From: Clostridia bacterium | GTDB lineage: Bacteria > Bacillota > Clostridia > TANB77 > CAG-465 | Assembly (NCBI GenBank): GCA_045536565.1 | Contig: JAZSNU010000010.1 | Span: 1-59,415 of the forward strand | DNA length: 59,415 nt | Direction: 5' to 3' | Shown here: positions 38,278 through 46,883 of the stretch, piece by piece | How the letters are laid out: each line of letters starts with the position of its first letter | Position numbering within the stretch: position 1 is the stretch's first letter | Program-made: the position numbers and the translations under genes | Notes under the pieces: model-generated | Seen by the model: the letters and a program-made list of their open reading frames with translations, nothing else | Told to the model about the DNA's origin: nothing | Databases searched by the model: none

Positions 38278-38306
38278 TTGTAATATTTTAAAATATATAG
38301 TATAAT
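38278..38306 (+). promoter_or_regulatory. SigA-type promoter of pnp
   Basis: TTGTAA-17nt-TATAAT immediately after the oapA stop. Confidence 0.6.
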
Positions 38307-38313
38307 ACTAAAT

Positions 38314-38435
38314 GTAGTGGTTAAAGGATATTTGTAGTAATAACCTGTGAGCCATAACTGGTGTTATACTATATATTTTTTGTATATACTTTTTGCTATG
38401 ACTTAGATGTTATTATTACACCTTTAAGCTACTAT
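38314..38435 (+). promoter_or_regulatory. Long hairpin in the pnp 5' leader (putative RNase III site)
   Basis: Nested pairings GTAGTGGTTAAAGG/CCTTTAAGCTACTAT, TGTAGTAATAAC/GTTATTATTACA, TGAGCCATA/TATGACTTA. Confidence 0.65.
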
Positions 38436-38456
38436 GGATAGTTAGGAGGAATTTTT

Positions 38457-40562
38457 ATGTTTAGAGTTTTTGAAACAGAATATGCAGGCAGAAAACTTGT
38501 TATAGAAACAGGTAAAATGGCACAGCTTGCAAATGGCTCTTGTATGGTTAAGTATGGAGATACAGCAGTACTTGTAAATGTTACAATGTCAAAAGAGCCA
38601 AGAGATGGTATCGATTTCTTACCACTTTCAGTAGATTACGAAGAAAGATTATATGCAGCAGGTAAAATACCAGGTGGATTCTTAAAAAGAGAAGGAAAAC
38701 CAAGTGATAAAGCAATATTAGTATCAAGAGTAATTGATAGACCTATGCGTCCTTTATTTCCTAAGGATTACAGAAATGATACAGCAATAAATGCAGTTGC
38801 TATGGCAGTTGATCCAGATGTTCTACCAGAAGTACCAGCTATGATAGGTGCAGCAACAGCATTATTAATTTCGGATATTCCATTTACAGCGGTTGTAGGT
38901 TCAATTAAAGTTGGACTAGTTGATGGTAAGATTGTGTTAAATCCAAATTTAGCAGAAAGAGAAAAATCAGATTTAGATTTAACAGTTGCAGGAACACCAG
39001 ATAAAGTTTGTATGATAGAAGCAGGAGCAAATGAAGTACCTGATGATGTAATGCTTGAAGCAATAAAAGCAGCGCATGCCGAAATTATTAAACTTACAGA
39101 ATTCATGAAAGGAATTCAAAAAGAAATAGGTAAAGAAAAAGCAACATATAAATCATTTGAAGTACCAGAAGAGTTATATAACGAAATATATAACGAATTT
39201 AATCAAAAAGTATATGACGGTATGCAAACAACTGATAAAACAGTAAGAGATGAAAATATATCTAAAATTTCAGAAGAAATAAAAGAATGGTATATAGCTA
39301 AAAATTCTGAAGAAGCATACGAAACTGCTAAAAAAGATATAGCAGAAATCATATATAGACTAGAAAAGAAAAACGTTCGTAAAATGGTAAAAGAAGAACG
39401 CAAGAGAGTAGACGGAAGAGGAATGACTGAAATAAGACCATTATCTTGTGAAGTTGATTTACTTCCAAGAGTACATGGTTCTGGATTATTTAATAGAGGT
39501 CAAACACAAGTACTTTCAATTGTTACACTTGGACCAAAATCTGATGAACAAAGTTTAGATGGATTAGATGAAGAAACTTCAAAAAGATATATACATCATT
39601 ACAACTTCCCACCATATAGTGTAGGTGAAGCAAGACCAACAAGAGGACCAGGAAGAAGAGAAATAGGTCATGGAGCTTTAGCAGAAAGAGCACTTGTTCC
39701 AGTATTACCTAGTGTTGAGGATTTTCCTTATGCTATAAGAGTAGTATCAGAAGTATTAAGTTCAAATGGATCTACATCACAAGGAAGTGTTTGTGGGTCA
39801 ACACTTGCACTTATGGCAGCAGGTGTACCAATTAAAGCACCAGTTGCAGGTATTTCAACAGGATTATTTACTGAAAACGGAGATACATCTGATTATGTAA
39901 TGGTAACAGATATTCAAGGTATAGAAGATTTCTTTGGAGATATGGACTTTAAAGTTGCAGGAACAAAAAAAGGAATAACTGCTATACAAGTAGATATAAA
40001 AATAGATGGTCTTACATATGAAATAATAGAGGAAGCTTTTGCTAAAACAAATGTTGCAAGACAATATATTTTAGATGAAATAATGCTAAAATGTATACCA
40101 GAGCCAAGAAAAGAAGTATCTAAATATGCACCTAAGATTGTTAATATGAAAATAGACCCAGAAAAGATAAGAGATGTAATCGGAGCAGGTGGAAAAGTTA
40201 TTAATAAAATAATTGATGAAACTGGCGTTAAGATTGACATTGAAGATGATGGAACTGTATTTATATATGGAACTGAAAAAGAAATGATAGACAGAGCTTA
40301 TGATATTATCCAAGGTTTAACAAAGGATGTTGAAAAAGGCGAAGTGTATATGGGTACAGTAACTAAGTTATTCCCTTTTGGAGCATTAGTTGAAGTTCTA
40401 CCAGGTAAAGAAGGAATGTTACATATATCTAAAATATCTTCTGAAAGAATAGAAAAAGTAGAAGATGTATTAGAACCTGGTCAAAATGTATTAGTAAAAG
40501 TAATAGATATTGACAAAGAACAAGGCAAGTTTAGTTTATCAGCAAAAGATGCCTTAAATTAA
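38457..40562 (+). CDS. pnp: Polyribonucleotide nucleotidyltransferase
   Basis: IPGGFLKREG, RREIGHG, SNGSTS, GDMDFKVAG, KH (IGAGGK) and S1 domains. Confidence 0.97.
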   Translation: MFRVFETEYAGRKLVIETGKMAQLANGSCMVKYGDTAVLVNVTMSKEPRDGIDFLPLSVDYEERLYAAGKIPGGFLKREGKPSDKAILVSRVIDRPMRPLFPKDYRNDTAINAVAMAVDPDVLPEVPAMIGAATALLISDIPFTAVVGSIKVGLVDGKIVLNPNLAEREKSDLDLTVAGTPDKVCMIEAGANEVPDDVMLEAIKAAHAEIIKLTEFMKGIQKEIGKEKATYKSFEVPEELYNEIYNEFNQKVYDGMQTTDKTVRDENISKISEEIKEWYIAKNSEEAYETAKKDIAEIIYRLEKKNVRKMVKEERKRVDGRGMTEIRPLSCEVDLLPRVHGSGLFNRGQTQVLSIVTLGPKSDEQSLDGLDEETSKRYIHHYNFPPYSVGEARPTRGPGRREIGHGALAERALVPVLPSVEDFPYAIRVVSEVLSSNGSTSQGSVCGSTLALMAAGVPIKAPVAGISTGLFTENGDTSDYVMVTDIQGIEDFFGDMDFKVAGTKKGITAIQVDIKIDGLTYEIIEEAFAKTNVARQYILDEIMLKCIPEPRKEVSKYAPKIVNMKIDPEKIRDVIGAGGKVINKIIDETGVKIDIEDDGTVFIYGTEKEMIDRAYDIIQGLTKDVEKGEVYMGTVTKLFPFGALVEVLPGKEGMLHISKISSERIEKVEDVLEPGQNVLVKVIDIDKEQGKFSLSAKDALN

Positions 40563-40578
40563 AGGTGGTAAATAATAT

Positions 40579-41385
40579 ATGAAAGTATATGCATTTGTAG
40601 GCCCTAGTGGCACAGGTAAAAGTCACCATGCTCAAAGAGTAGCTCTTGATAATGGTATAGACTATATTATAGATGATGCAATTTTAATACATAAGAATAA
40701 AGTAGTAGCAGGTAAATCTGCTAAAACAGAACCAACTAAGATTGGTTCTGTTAAGTCTGCTATATTTAATGATACGGCAAAATGTGAAATAATGCGAAGA
40801 GCAATAAGAAGCAGTAAGCCAGATAAAATATTAATACTTGGTACATCTGATGGGATGGTTGAAAAGATAGCAGAAAACTTAAAATTACCTAAAATATGTA
40901 AAACAATATATATTAATGAAGTAGCTACCGAGGAAGAAATGGCCGAGGCTAAAAGAATGAGAACTGTTGAGGGCAAACATGTTGTACCTGTCCCAACAAT
41001 GGAAATAAAAGAACAATTTTCGGGATATTTTATGGATCCTTTAAAGATATTTGAAAAGAAGGATAAAAAGTATCATGAAAAAAGTATTATTAGGCCAACA
41101 TTTAGTTACCTAGGTAATTTCTATATTTCAGATAAAGTAATAAAAGATGTAATAACATATTGCACAAAGGATATAGCAGGAATATCTAAACTTATTAGGG
41201 TAAATATAGAAAAGTTTATTGATGGTATAAATATATATCTTGATATAAATATTGAGTATGGATATAGTATACCTAAGGTATCTAAAATATTACAGGATAC
41301 AGTAAGTAAAGAAGTAGTATATGCTACTGGAATAAATATATTTGGTATCAATGTAAGAGTTAAAGGTATTGATATTAAAAAGTAA
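40579..41385 (+). CDS. P-loop domain plus Asp23/Gls24 family protein
   Basis: GPSGTGKS, IIDD, GKHVVPVPT, SIIRPTFS; C-terminal YG..I..Q..V..TG..INV. Confidence 0.75.
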   Translation: MKVYAFVGPSGTGKSHHAQRVALDNGIDYIIDDAILIHKNKVVAGKSAKTEPTKIGSVKSAIFNDTAKCEIMRRAIRSSKPDKILILGTSDGMVEKIAENLKLPKICKTIYINEVATEEEMAEAKRMRTVEGKHVVPVPTMEIKEQFSGYFMDPLKIFEKKDKKYHEKSIIRPTFSYLGNFYISDKVIKDVITYCTKDIAGISKLIRVNIEKFIDGINIYLDINIEYGYSIPKVSKILQDTVSKEVVYATGINIFGINVRVKGIDIKK

Positions 41386-41389
41386 AATT

Positions 41390-41539
41390 AAAATAAACCT
41401 TATAAAAAGTGTAACTTTTTGTAAGGTTTTGCTAATATATGTACAAGTAAAAATAAATTTGTTAAAATATATGCACCTGCTTTGGTAAGAAAGGAGGTGC
41501 ATTCTAAGATGACTAACTTAATCTTTACAACTTCGTTGT
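41390..41539 (-). ncRNA. Candidate small RNA with anti-SD motif
   Basis: Bounded by a near-consensus minus-strand promoter and a terminator; contains CACCTCCTTTCT and three hairpins. Confidence 0.5.
41395..41430. terminator. Probably bidirectional terminator
   Basis: AAACCTTATAAAAAGT / ACTTTTTGTAAGGTTT. Confidence 0.7.
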
Positions 41540-41541
41540 AA
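41509..41541 (+). CDS. Putative 10-aa sORF MTNLIFTTSL
   Basis: Follows AGAAAGGAGGTG (41488-41499). Confidence 0.25.
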   Translation: MTNLIFTTSL

Positions 41542-41545
41542 TATA

Positions 41546-41574
41546 ATTGTAGCATAGAATGTGTAGGTTGTCAA
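41546..41574 (-). promoter_or_regulatory. Minus-strand SigA promoter
   Basis: TTGACA-17nt-TACAAT with extended -10 TG on the reverse strand. Confidence 0.75.
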
Positions 41575-41699
41575 ATAAATAAGGGATATATTACATATAA
41601 CGACAAAAGTAGAGAAATATATGATATGCTTTAAATGATTAATTTCTTTCTATCTTTTGTTATAATTATGTTACAAATATAAAATATTAATTTTTTAGT

Positions 41700-41728
41700 T
41701 TGACACTACATATTGCATATGATAAAAT
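41700..41728 (+). promoter_or_regulatory. SigA promoter of zinc-ribbon gene
   Basis: TTGACA-17nt-TAAAAT with extended -10 TG. Confidence 0.75.
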
Positions 41729-41756
41729 AGTGCTATTGATATATGGAGGTGTAGTT

Positions 41757-42266
41757 ATGGATTTTATGGATAAAGTAACAGAATTATCAAAAAAAGTAGG
41801 AGTAGGTACTGAAAAAGCATATAAAGCAGTTGCTGATAAATCAGGAAAAATTATAAAAGAAACACAAATGAGGATACAAGTAAACGAAAAAGAAGGCGAT
41901 ATTGAAGCTATGTACTATGATATGGGTAAAAGTATATATGATATGTACAAAAAAGGTGAAAATATAAGCGATTCTTTTAAAAAGACTTGTAAAAAAATAG
42001 ATAAATTAAGTAAAGAAATTGATGAAATGGAAACACATATGTTGTATCTTAGAAATCTAAGAATATGTTCTAATTGTGGTGAAACTATTGGAATAGAAAA
42101 TAAATACTGTCCAAAATGTGGAGATAAACAAAAAACAGTAAAAATAAAAGAAGTAAAAAAAGAGGAAGAAATAGAAGAATCACCAATAGACAGAGTTTGC
42201 TCAAAATGTGGTAAAATAGCATTAGAAGATGAAGATTTCTGCACAAATTGTGGTACAAAAATATAG
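41757..42266 (+). CDS. Coiled-coil plus double zinc-ribbon protein
   Basis: ATG 41757 after GGAGGT; CSNC/CPKC and CSKC/CTNC pairs. Confidence 0.8.
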   Translation: MDFMDKVTELSKKVGVGTEKAYKAVADKSGKIIKETQMRIQVNEKEGDIEAMYYDMGKSIYDMYKKGENISDSFKKTCKKIDKLSKEIDEMETHMLYLRNLRICSNCGETIGIENKYCPKCGDKQKTVKIKEVKKEEEIEESPIDRVCSKCGKIALEDEDFCTNCGTKI

Positions 42267-42274
42267 GGAGTTTT

Positions 42275-43045
42275 ATGAGAAGAGAAAAGAAAGTAAAAGA
42301 AGAAAATACAGAAAAAGTTAGAAAAAAGAAAAAATTAAATATACTTGATATTATTACAGTTTCAGTTATATTAATACTTATAGTTATGTATGCTCCAAGA
42401 GCTTGGTCGTTATATGAGGAACATAGAATAAAAATGGAGGAGGCTAAAAAGCCACCAGTGATTGAATATCCATTAGAAGTTGAAATAACAGAGCAAGATA
42501 CAAAGTTCTTTTCTGAGTTTTTCAAAGATTATGCGGTGGGAATTAGATCAGGTATCAATTTATTAGATGATATTACACAAAATGACATGGTAGATTTTTG
42601 TAGGGCTATTCTTAGTGAAAAGTATTCTTCATCAGGGTTAATATCAAAGACATCTATGGATAGTGCTATGCAAAAATATTTTGAAGTATCAGGTGTAGAC
42701 TATGCAAGTTTAGGATATAAATCACTTACAGTATATAAAGAATATGATGCACAAAAAGTATTTAATGTAACAAGATTAATGCAACTTGAAGAAAATGGTG
42801 ATTTATACTTAGTATATGCAGATTGTATAGATAAGGTAAATGTTCAAGAAGGTACATATAAAAAAGAAAATATTGAAGATGTATATATTTTCACATTTAA
42901 GAAAATAGTTAACGAGAGTCAAAATGAATTAGGTGTTGTTACAACTGATGTAAAATATGTATTACAAAAAGTTGAAAAAGAAGTAATAGTTGAAGAAATA
43001 CCAGAAGAAACACCGCAAGAAAACACTAATAAAAAAGATAAATAA
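42275..43045 (+). CDS. Hypothetical single-TM membrane-anchored protein
   Basis: ATG 42275 after GGGAG; basic N-terminus, one TM, extracytoplasmic domain. Confidence 0.7.
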   Translation: MRREKKVKEENTEKVRKKKKLNILDIITVSVILILIVMYAPRAWSLYEEHRIKMEEAKKPPVIEYPLEVEITEQDTKFFSEFFKDYAVGIRSGINLLDDITQNDMVDFCRAILSEKYSSSGLISKTSMDSAMQKYFEVSGVDYASLGYKSLTVYKEYDAQKVFNVTRLMQLEENGDLYLVYADCIDKVNVQEGTYKKENIEDVYIFTFKKIVNESQNELGVVTTDVKYVLQKVEKEVIVEEIPEETPQENTNKKDK

Positions 43046-43069
43046 GTTGTGGAAAGGAAATAAATTATT

Positions 43070-43144
43070 ATGCTACGAGAATTACTCATAAAAATTGATT
43101 TTTTAGCAAAGGAAAATCAAGGACCTTTTCACCCTAAAAAATAG
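43070..43144 (+). CDS. Putative 24-aa leader sORF MLRELLIKIDFLAKENQGPFHPKK
   Basis: GGAAAGGA 11 nt before ATG; stop 5 nt before the terminator. Confidence 0.3.
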   Translation: MLRELLIKIDFLAKENQGPFHPKK

Positions 43145-43149
43145 TTAAG

Positions 43150-43188
43150 AAAACCAAGATTATTTTATATAAAATAGTCTTGGTTTTT
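43150..43188 (+). terminator. Terminator/attenuator directly upstream of pyrG
   Basis: AAAACCAAGATTATTTT / AAAATAGTCTTGGTTTT. Confidence 0.75.
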
Positions 43189-43222
43189 ATCATACATAAA
43201 ATATATAGGAGGAGAGTTTTGT

Positions 43223-44815
43223 ATGGAAAAGAAGTATATTTTTGTAACAGGTGGAGTTGTATCTGGGCTTGGTAAAGGCATAACGGCAGCTGCAATAGGA
43301 AGAATTTTAAAATCAAGAGGAGTAAAAGTAACAATTCAAAAGTTTGACCCATATTTAAATATTGATCCAAGTAATATGGATCCGTGTCAACACGGGGAAG
43401 TTTTTGTTACTGATGACGGGCTAGAAGCAGATTTAGATTTAGGACATTATGAAAGATTTATAGATGAAAATTTAAATAGATATAGCGATGTGACTACTGG
43501 TAAAATGTATATGCAAGTGCTAAACAAAGAAAGAAAAGGAGAATATGCTGGAAAAACAATTCAAATAATTCCTCATATAACTAATGAAATAAAAGATACG
43601 GTGTACAAAGCAGGAGAAATATCTGAAAGTGATGTTGTTATAACTGAAATAGGAGGAACAGTAGGAGATATAGAATCACAACCATTTTTAGAAACTATAA
43701 GACAAATAAGGACCGAAAAAGGAAGAGATAATGTTATGTTTGTTCATGTAACCTTGATACCGTATCTTCCTAAATCAGAAGAACTTAAATCTAAGCCTAC
43801 TCAACATAGTTGTAAAGAACTTATGAGTATAGGTATAATACCAGATATAATTGTTGCTAGGACATCATATAAAATGGATGAAGAGATGAAAGAAAAAATA
43901 TCACTTTTCTGTAATATTGATAAGAAGAATGTTATTGAAAATTTAGATGTTGATTCTATTTATGATGTACCACTTATGTTTGAAAATCAAAATATGGGTG
44001 ATATAATTTGCACAAGATTTAATATAAAAAGTGATAAAAATGATTTACAAGATTGGTATGATGCTTGTGTTTCTAAAAAGGAAATAAAAAAACAAGTAAA
44101 TATTGCATTAGTAGGAAAATATGTAGCGTTAAAAGATGCATATATTTCAGTATATGAAACATTAAAACATGCAGGTACTAAAAACGATGTTAAGGTAAAT
44201 ATAAAATGGATTGATTCAGAGAGTGTAGAAAAAGAAGGTGCAAAAAAATTACTTTCAGATGTTCAGGGAGTAATAATTCCAGGTGGATTTGGAAGTAAAG
44301 GTATAGAAGGAAAAATTGAGGCAATAAAATATGCAAGAGAAAATAAAATACCACTATTTGGTATAGCACTTGGTATGGAACTTATGTGTATTGAATATAT
44401 GAGAAATGTAGTAGGAATAAAAGAAGCAAACAGTTTAGAGTTTGATGTTGATACTAAATGTCCAGTTATTTATACATTAAATGACAATGTAGAAAAAGAT
44501 AGTATAAGAATAGGAAAGTATCCTTGTATGCTTGATGTAAATACAAACTCATATGATGCATACAAAGAAAATATGATACATGAAAGACATAGACACAATT
44601 ATGAATTTAACAATAGTTATAGAGATATGCTAGAAAAAAACGGATTAAAAATAGCAGGAACATCACCAGATAATAGATTGGTAGAAATAGTAGAATATAC
44701 AAAACATCCTTGGGCTGTTGGAACAATGTTCCATCCAGAGTTTAAATCAAGACCTAATAGAGTACATCCTTTATTTAGAGATTTTGTAAAGGTAGCAAAG
44801 GATTTAGTTAAATAG
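43223..44815 (+). CDS. pyrG: CTP synthase with altered glutaminase site (Cys to Ala at residue 382)
   Basis: GGVVSGLGKG, QHGEVFVTDDG, DLDLGHYERF, EIGGTVGDIES, KPTQHS, PGGFG, FHPEF; GIALGME in place of GICLGMQ. Confidence 0.93.
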   Translation: MEKKYIFVTGGVVSGLGKGITAAAIGRILKSRGVKVTIQKFDPYLNIDPSNMDPCQHGEVFVTDDGLEADLDLGHYERFIDENLNRYSDVTTGKMYMQVLNKERKGEYAGKTIQIIPHITNEIKDTVYKAGEISESDVVITEIGGTVGDIESQPFLETIRQIRTEKGRDNVMFVHVTLIPYLPKSEELKSKPTQHSCKELMSIGIIPDIIVARTSYKMDEEMKEKISLFCNIDKKNVIENLDVDSIYDVPLMFENQNMGDIICTRFNIKSDKNDLQDWYDACVSKKEIKKQVNIALVGKYVALKDAYISVYETLKHAGTKNDVKVNIKWIDSESVEKEGAKKLLSDVQGVIIPGGFGSKGIEGKIEAIKYARENKIPLFGIALGMELMCIEYMRNVVGIKEANSLEFDVDTKCPVIYTLNDNVEKDSIRIGKYPCMLDVNTNSYDAYKENMIHERHRHNYEFNNSYRDMLEKNGLKIAGTSPDNRLVEIVEYTKHPWAVGTMFHPEFKSRPNRVHPLFRDFVKVAKDLVK

Positions 44816-44820
44816 TAATA

Positions 44821-44851
44821 AAACTAGTTATGTTTAATACATAGCTAGTTT
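44821..44851. repeat. Palindrome/terminator, left copy of direct repeat
   Basis: AAACTAGTTATGT-TTAAT-ACATAGCTAGTTT. Confidence 0.75.
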
Positions 44852-44924
44852 GACTTTTATATGCTAACATGATAAACTATGACATAATTTATTATACATT
44901 CTAAAAATAATTTTAAAGGAGGAG

Positions 44925-45548
44925 ATGCTTAATATGAAAAAAGTTTTAAAATCAATAGTGGGGTATTTGTTAGAAATATTAGGAATGATGTCTGAATTTA
45001 TGTATCAGGTTGCTTATGTTGGATTTGCAATATCTGCAATATTAATATTTTTTAATATTCTACCAACTAAACATGCGATTATTTACTGTATAGCAGTAGT
45101 ATTGCATTTTGCGAGTTTAGGGTATTTTGGTTATATGAAAGACTATTATAGTGGAAACTGGCAAAAGAAAGTTACCATAGCATTTATAATTATAAATGTA
45201 CTAATATGCCTAATAACAGCCATATTAACAAACTTTTTACTAACAATAGGACTTATACTTTTTATGGTATTTATTGCTGTTACATATCTGAGGTTAAATG
45301 ACCATTTAATATGTTTTACTATTGGGAAAAGACCTAAACTTGAATTGTTATTTGCAAAACATCCTAACATATCATATATTATATTGTTACTTCTTCCTAT
45401 AATAGCAATTATTATTCCTCTTGTATTTCTTCCTTGGAATATTTTTGTTAAAATAGCAATCGTAATAGTATATATAGTATGTATGCCGCTTATAGCACTT
45501 GCAACCGATGAAGGATTCGATATTGAAGAAATATTTTATTGGGATTAA
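44925..45548 (+). CDS. Hypothetical polytopic membrane protein
   Basis: AAGGAGGAG RBS (start 44925 or 44934); about 6 hydrophobic segments; acidic tail. Confidence 0.7.
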   Translation: MLNMKKVLKSIVGYLLEILGMMSEFMYQVAYVGFAISAILIFFNILPTKHAIIYCIAVVLHFASLGYFGYMKDYYSGNWQKKVTIAFIIINVLICLITAILTNFLLTIGLILFMVFIAVTYLRLNDHLICFTIGKRPKLELLFAKHPNISYIILLLLPIIAIIIPLVFLPWNIFVKIAIVIVYIVCMPLIALATDEGFDIEEIFYWD

Positions 45549-45549
45549 G

Positions 45550-45593
45550 AAAAATGAAACTAGTTATGTCTAAGCATAACTAGTTTCATTTTT
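45550..45593. repeat. Palindrome/terminator, right copy of direct repeat
   Basis: AAAAATG-AAACTAGTTATGT-CTAA-GCATAACTAGTTT-CATTTTT. Confidence 0.75.
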
Positions 45594-45711
45594 TCTTTAC
45601 AACTTATCTTTTAAAATAACAATATATATGGTATAATTTAAACTAATTTAGAGAAAGAAATATTAATTAAATATATAGTAGCAATTGTATATGAGAAAGG
45701 AATATAATATA

Positions 45712-46833
45712 TTGGATAGAAAAATAAAATTAAGTAAAGATATTGATAAAAAAATTCAATTTATTAAAGAAATTGATGATGATGCTTGTAAGTATTTATG
45801 TAATATATATGAAAGATATTACTTGTGTAGAGATAAATATAACACCCAAGAATATTTAAAATATAATAAATGTATGTTTCAAAACGATATTTTGGAGATA
45901 ATAAAATATTGTAAGAATAATAATTGTATTATTTTTGAAATAACAAAAAGCTATGATAAAAGATATGAGGATTTAGTTTCATTGTGTCAGTATGAAAGCA
46001 TACCTATCGTTAACATTAACGATGAAAAAAATATGAATTTGTATAATATTAAAAATAAATATAAATTTGACAATATATTTTTTGATATAAACATTAGTGA
46101 TATTAATAGTTGGTATAATTGGAATGTAGTAATTGAAAATAATTTAGATAATATTCTAGTATCATTTGATAAATTTAATATGGAAGAGTTAAAAATTAAT
46201 ACGATAGAAAAAGTTGAAATTTGTAATTCTAAGAGTGAAAAAGGAAAATATGAAAAAAACACAGGCGGGTTTAATGTAATAAAAGTTATAAATGTAATAA
46301 AAAGACTATTAAAAATAGTAAATAAAGAGACCTATGATATAATTGCCAATATCTATATTGCTAACAGAGAAGTAAATAGATATTATGTAGAAGAATTAAG
46401 TGAGATAATAAATTCTTTAACATATAATAATTTGACAGATAAGTATAGTTATATATATGATTTATTATGTAAAAAACTTGAAAGAGATATAGTAAAATAT
46501 AATTATTGCATATTTAATAATAATAAATGTATAGCACAAAGGAACGGAGCAAAATGGCCTAAAAACGAATATGATGGATGTTGTTTTGATGTAAGTAGCA
46601 ATAAACAATGTAAATATTTAAATTCTAAAAAGAGTTGTGATATAACCTGTATTTCTTGTAGATTATTTACTTGTAGATATTTAAAAGATAGAGGAATAGA
46701 TTATGATATTAGAAAAAATATTTTTTCTAAAATATTTTTAAATTTATTACAAACACCAGAGTTTGTATGGGATTTCTATATACCAAAAGAAAAAATATTA
46801 AATAGAATTACAACCATGCCAAAAATATTTTGA
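45712..46833 (+). CDS. Hypothetical protein with Cys-rich C-terminal domain
   Basis: Long ORF (ORF track from 45685; TTG 45712 follows AAAGGA); nine Cys clustered near the C-terminus. Confidence 0.65.
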   Translation: MDRKIKLSKDIDKKIQFIKEIDDDACKYLCNIYERYYLCRDKYNTQEYLKYNKCMFQNDILEIIKYCKNNNCIIFEITKSYDKRYEDLVSLCQYESIPIVNINDEKNMNLYNIKNKYKFDNIFFDINISDINSWYNWNVVIENNLDNILVSFDKFNMEELKINTIEKVEICNSKSEKGKYEKNTGGFNVIKVINVIKRLLKIVNKETYDIIANIYIANREVNRYYVEELSEIINSLTYNNLTDKYSYIYDLLCKKLERDIVKYNYCIFNNNKCIAQRNGAKWPKNEYDGCCFDVSSNKQCKYLNSKKSCDITCISCRLFTCRYLKDRGIDYDIRKNIFSKIFLNLLQTPEFVWDFYIPKEKILNRITTMPKIF

Positions 46834-46883
46834 TGCTAATGGAATCCTTACTGATCCGGATGATTAAGCGATGTATTTAGAGG

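Noticed and set aside
44811-44838. The chromosomal dif site/replication terminus
   Set aside because: Gene orientation and purine bias stay on the + strand on both sides, with no visible replichore switch
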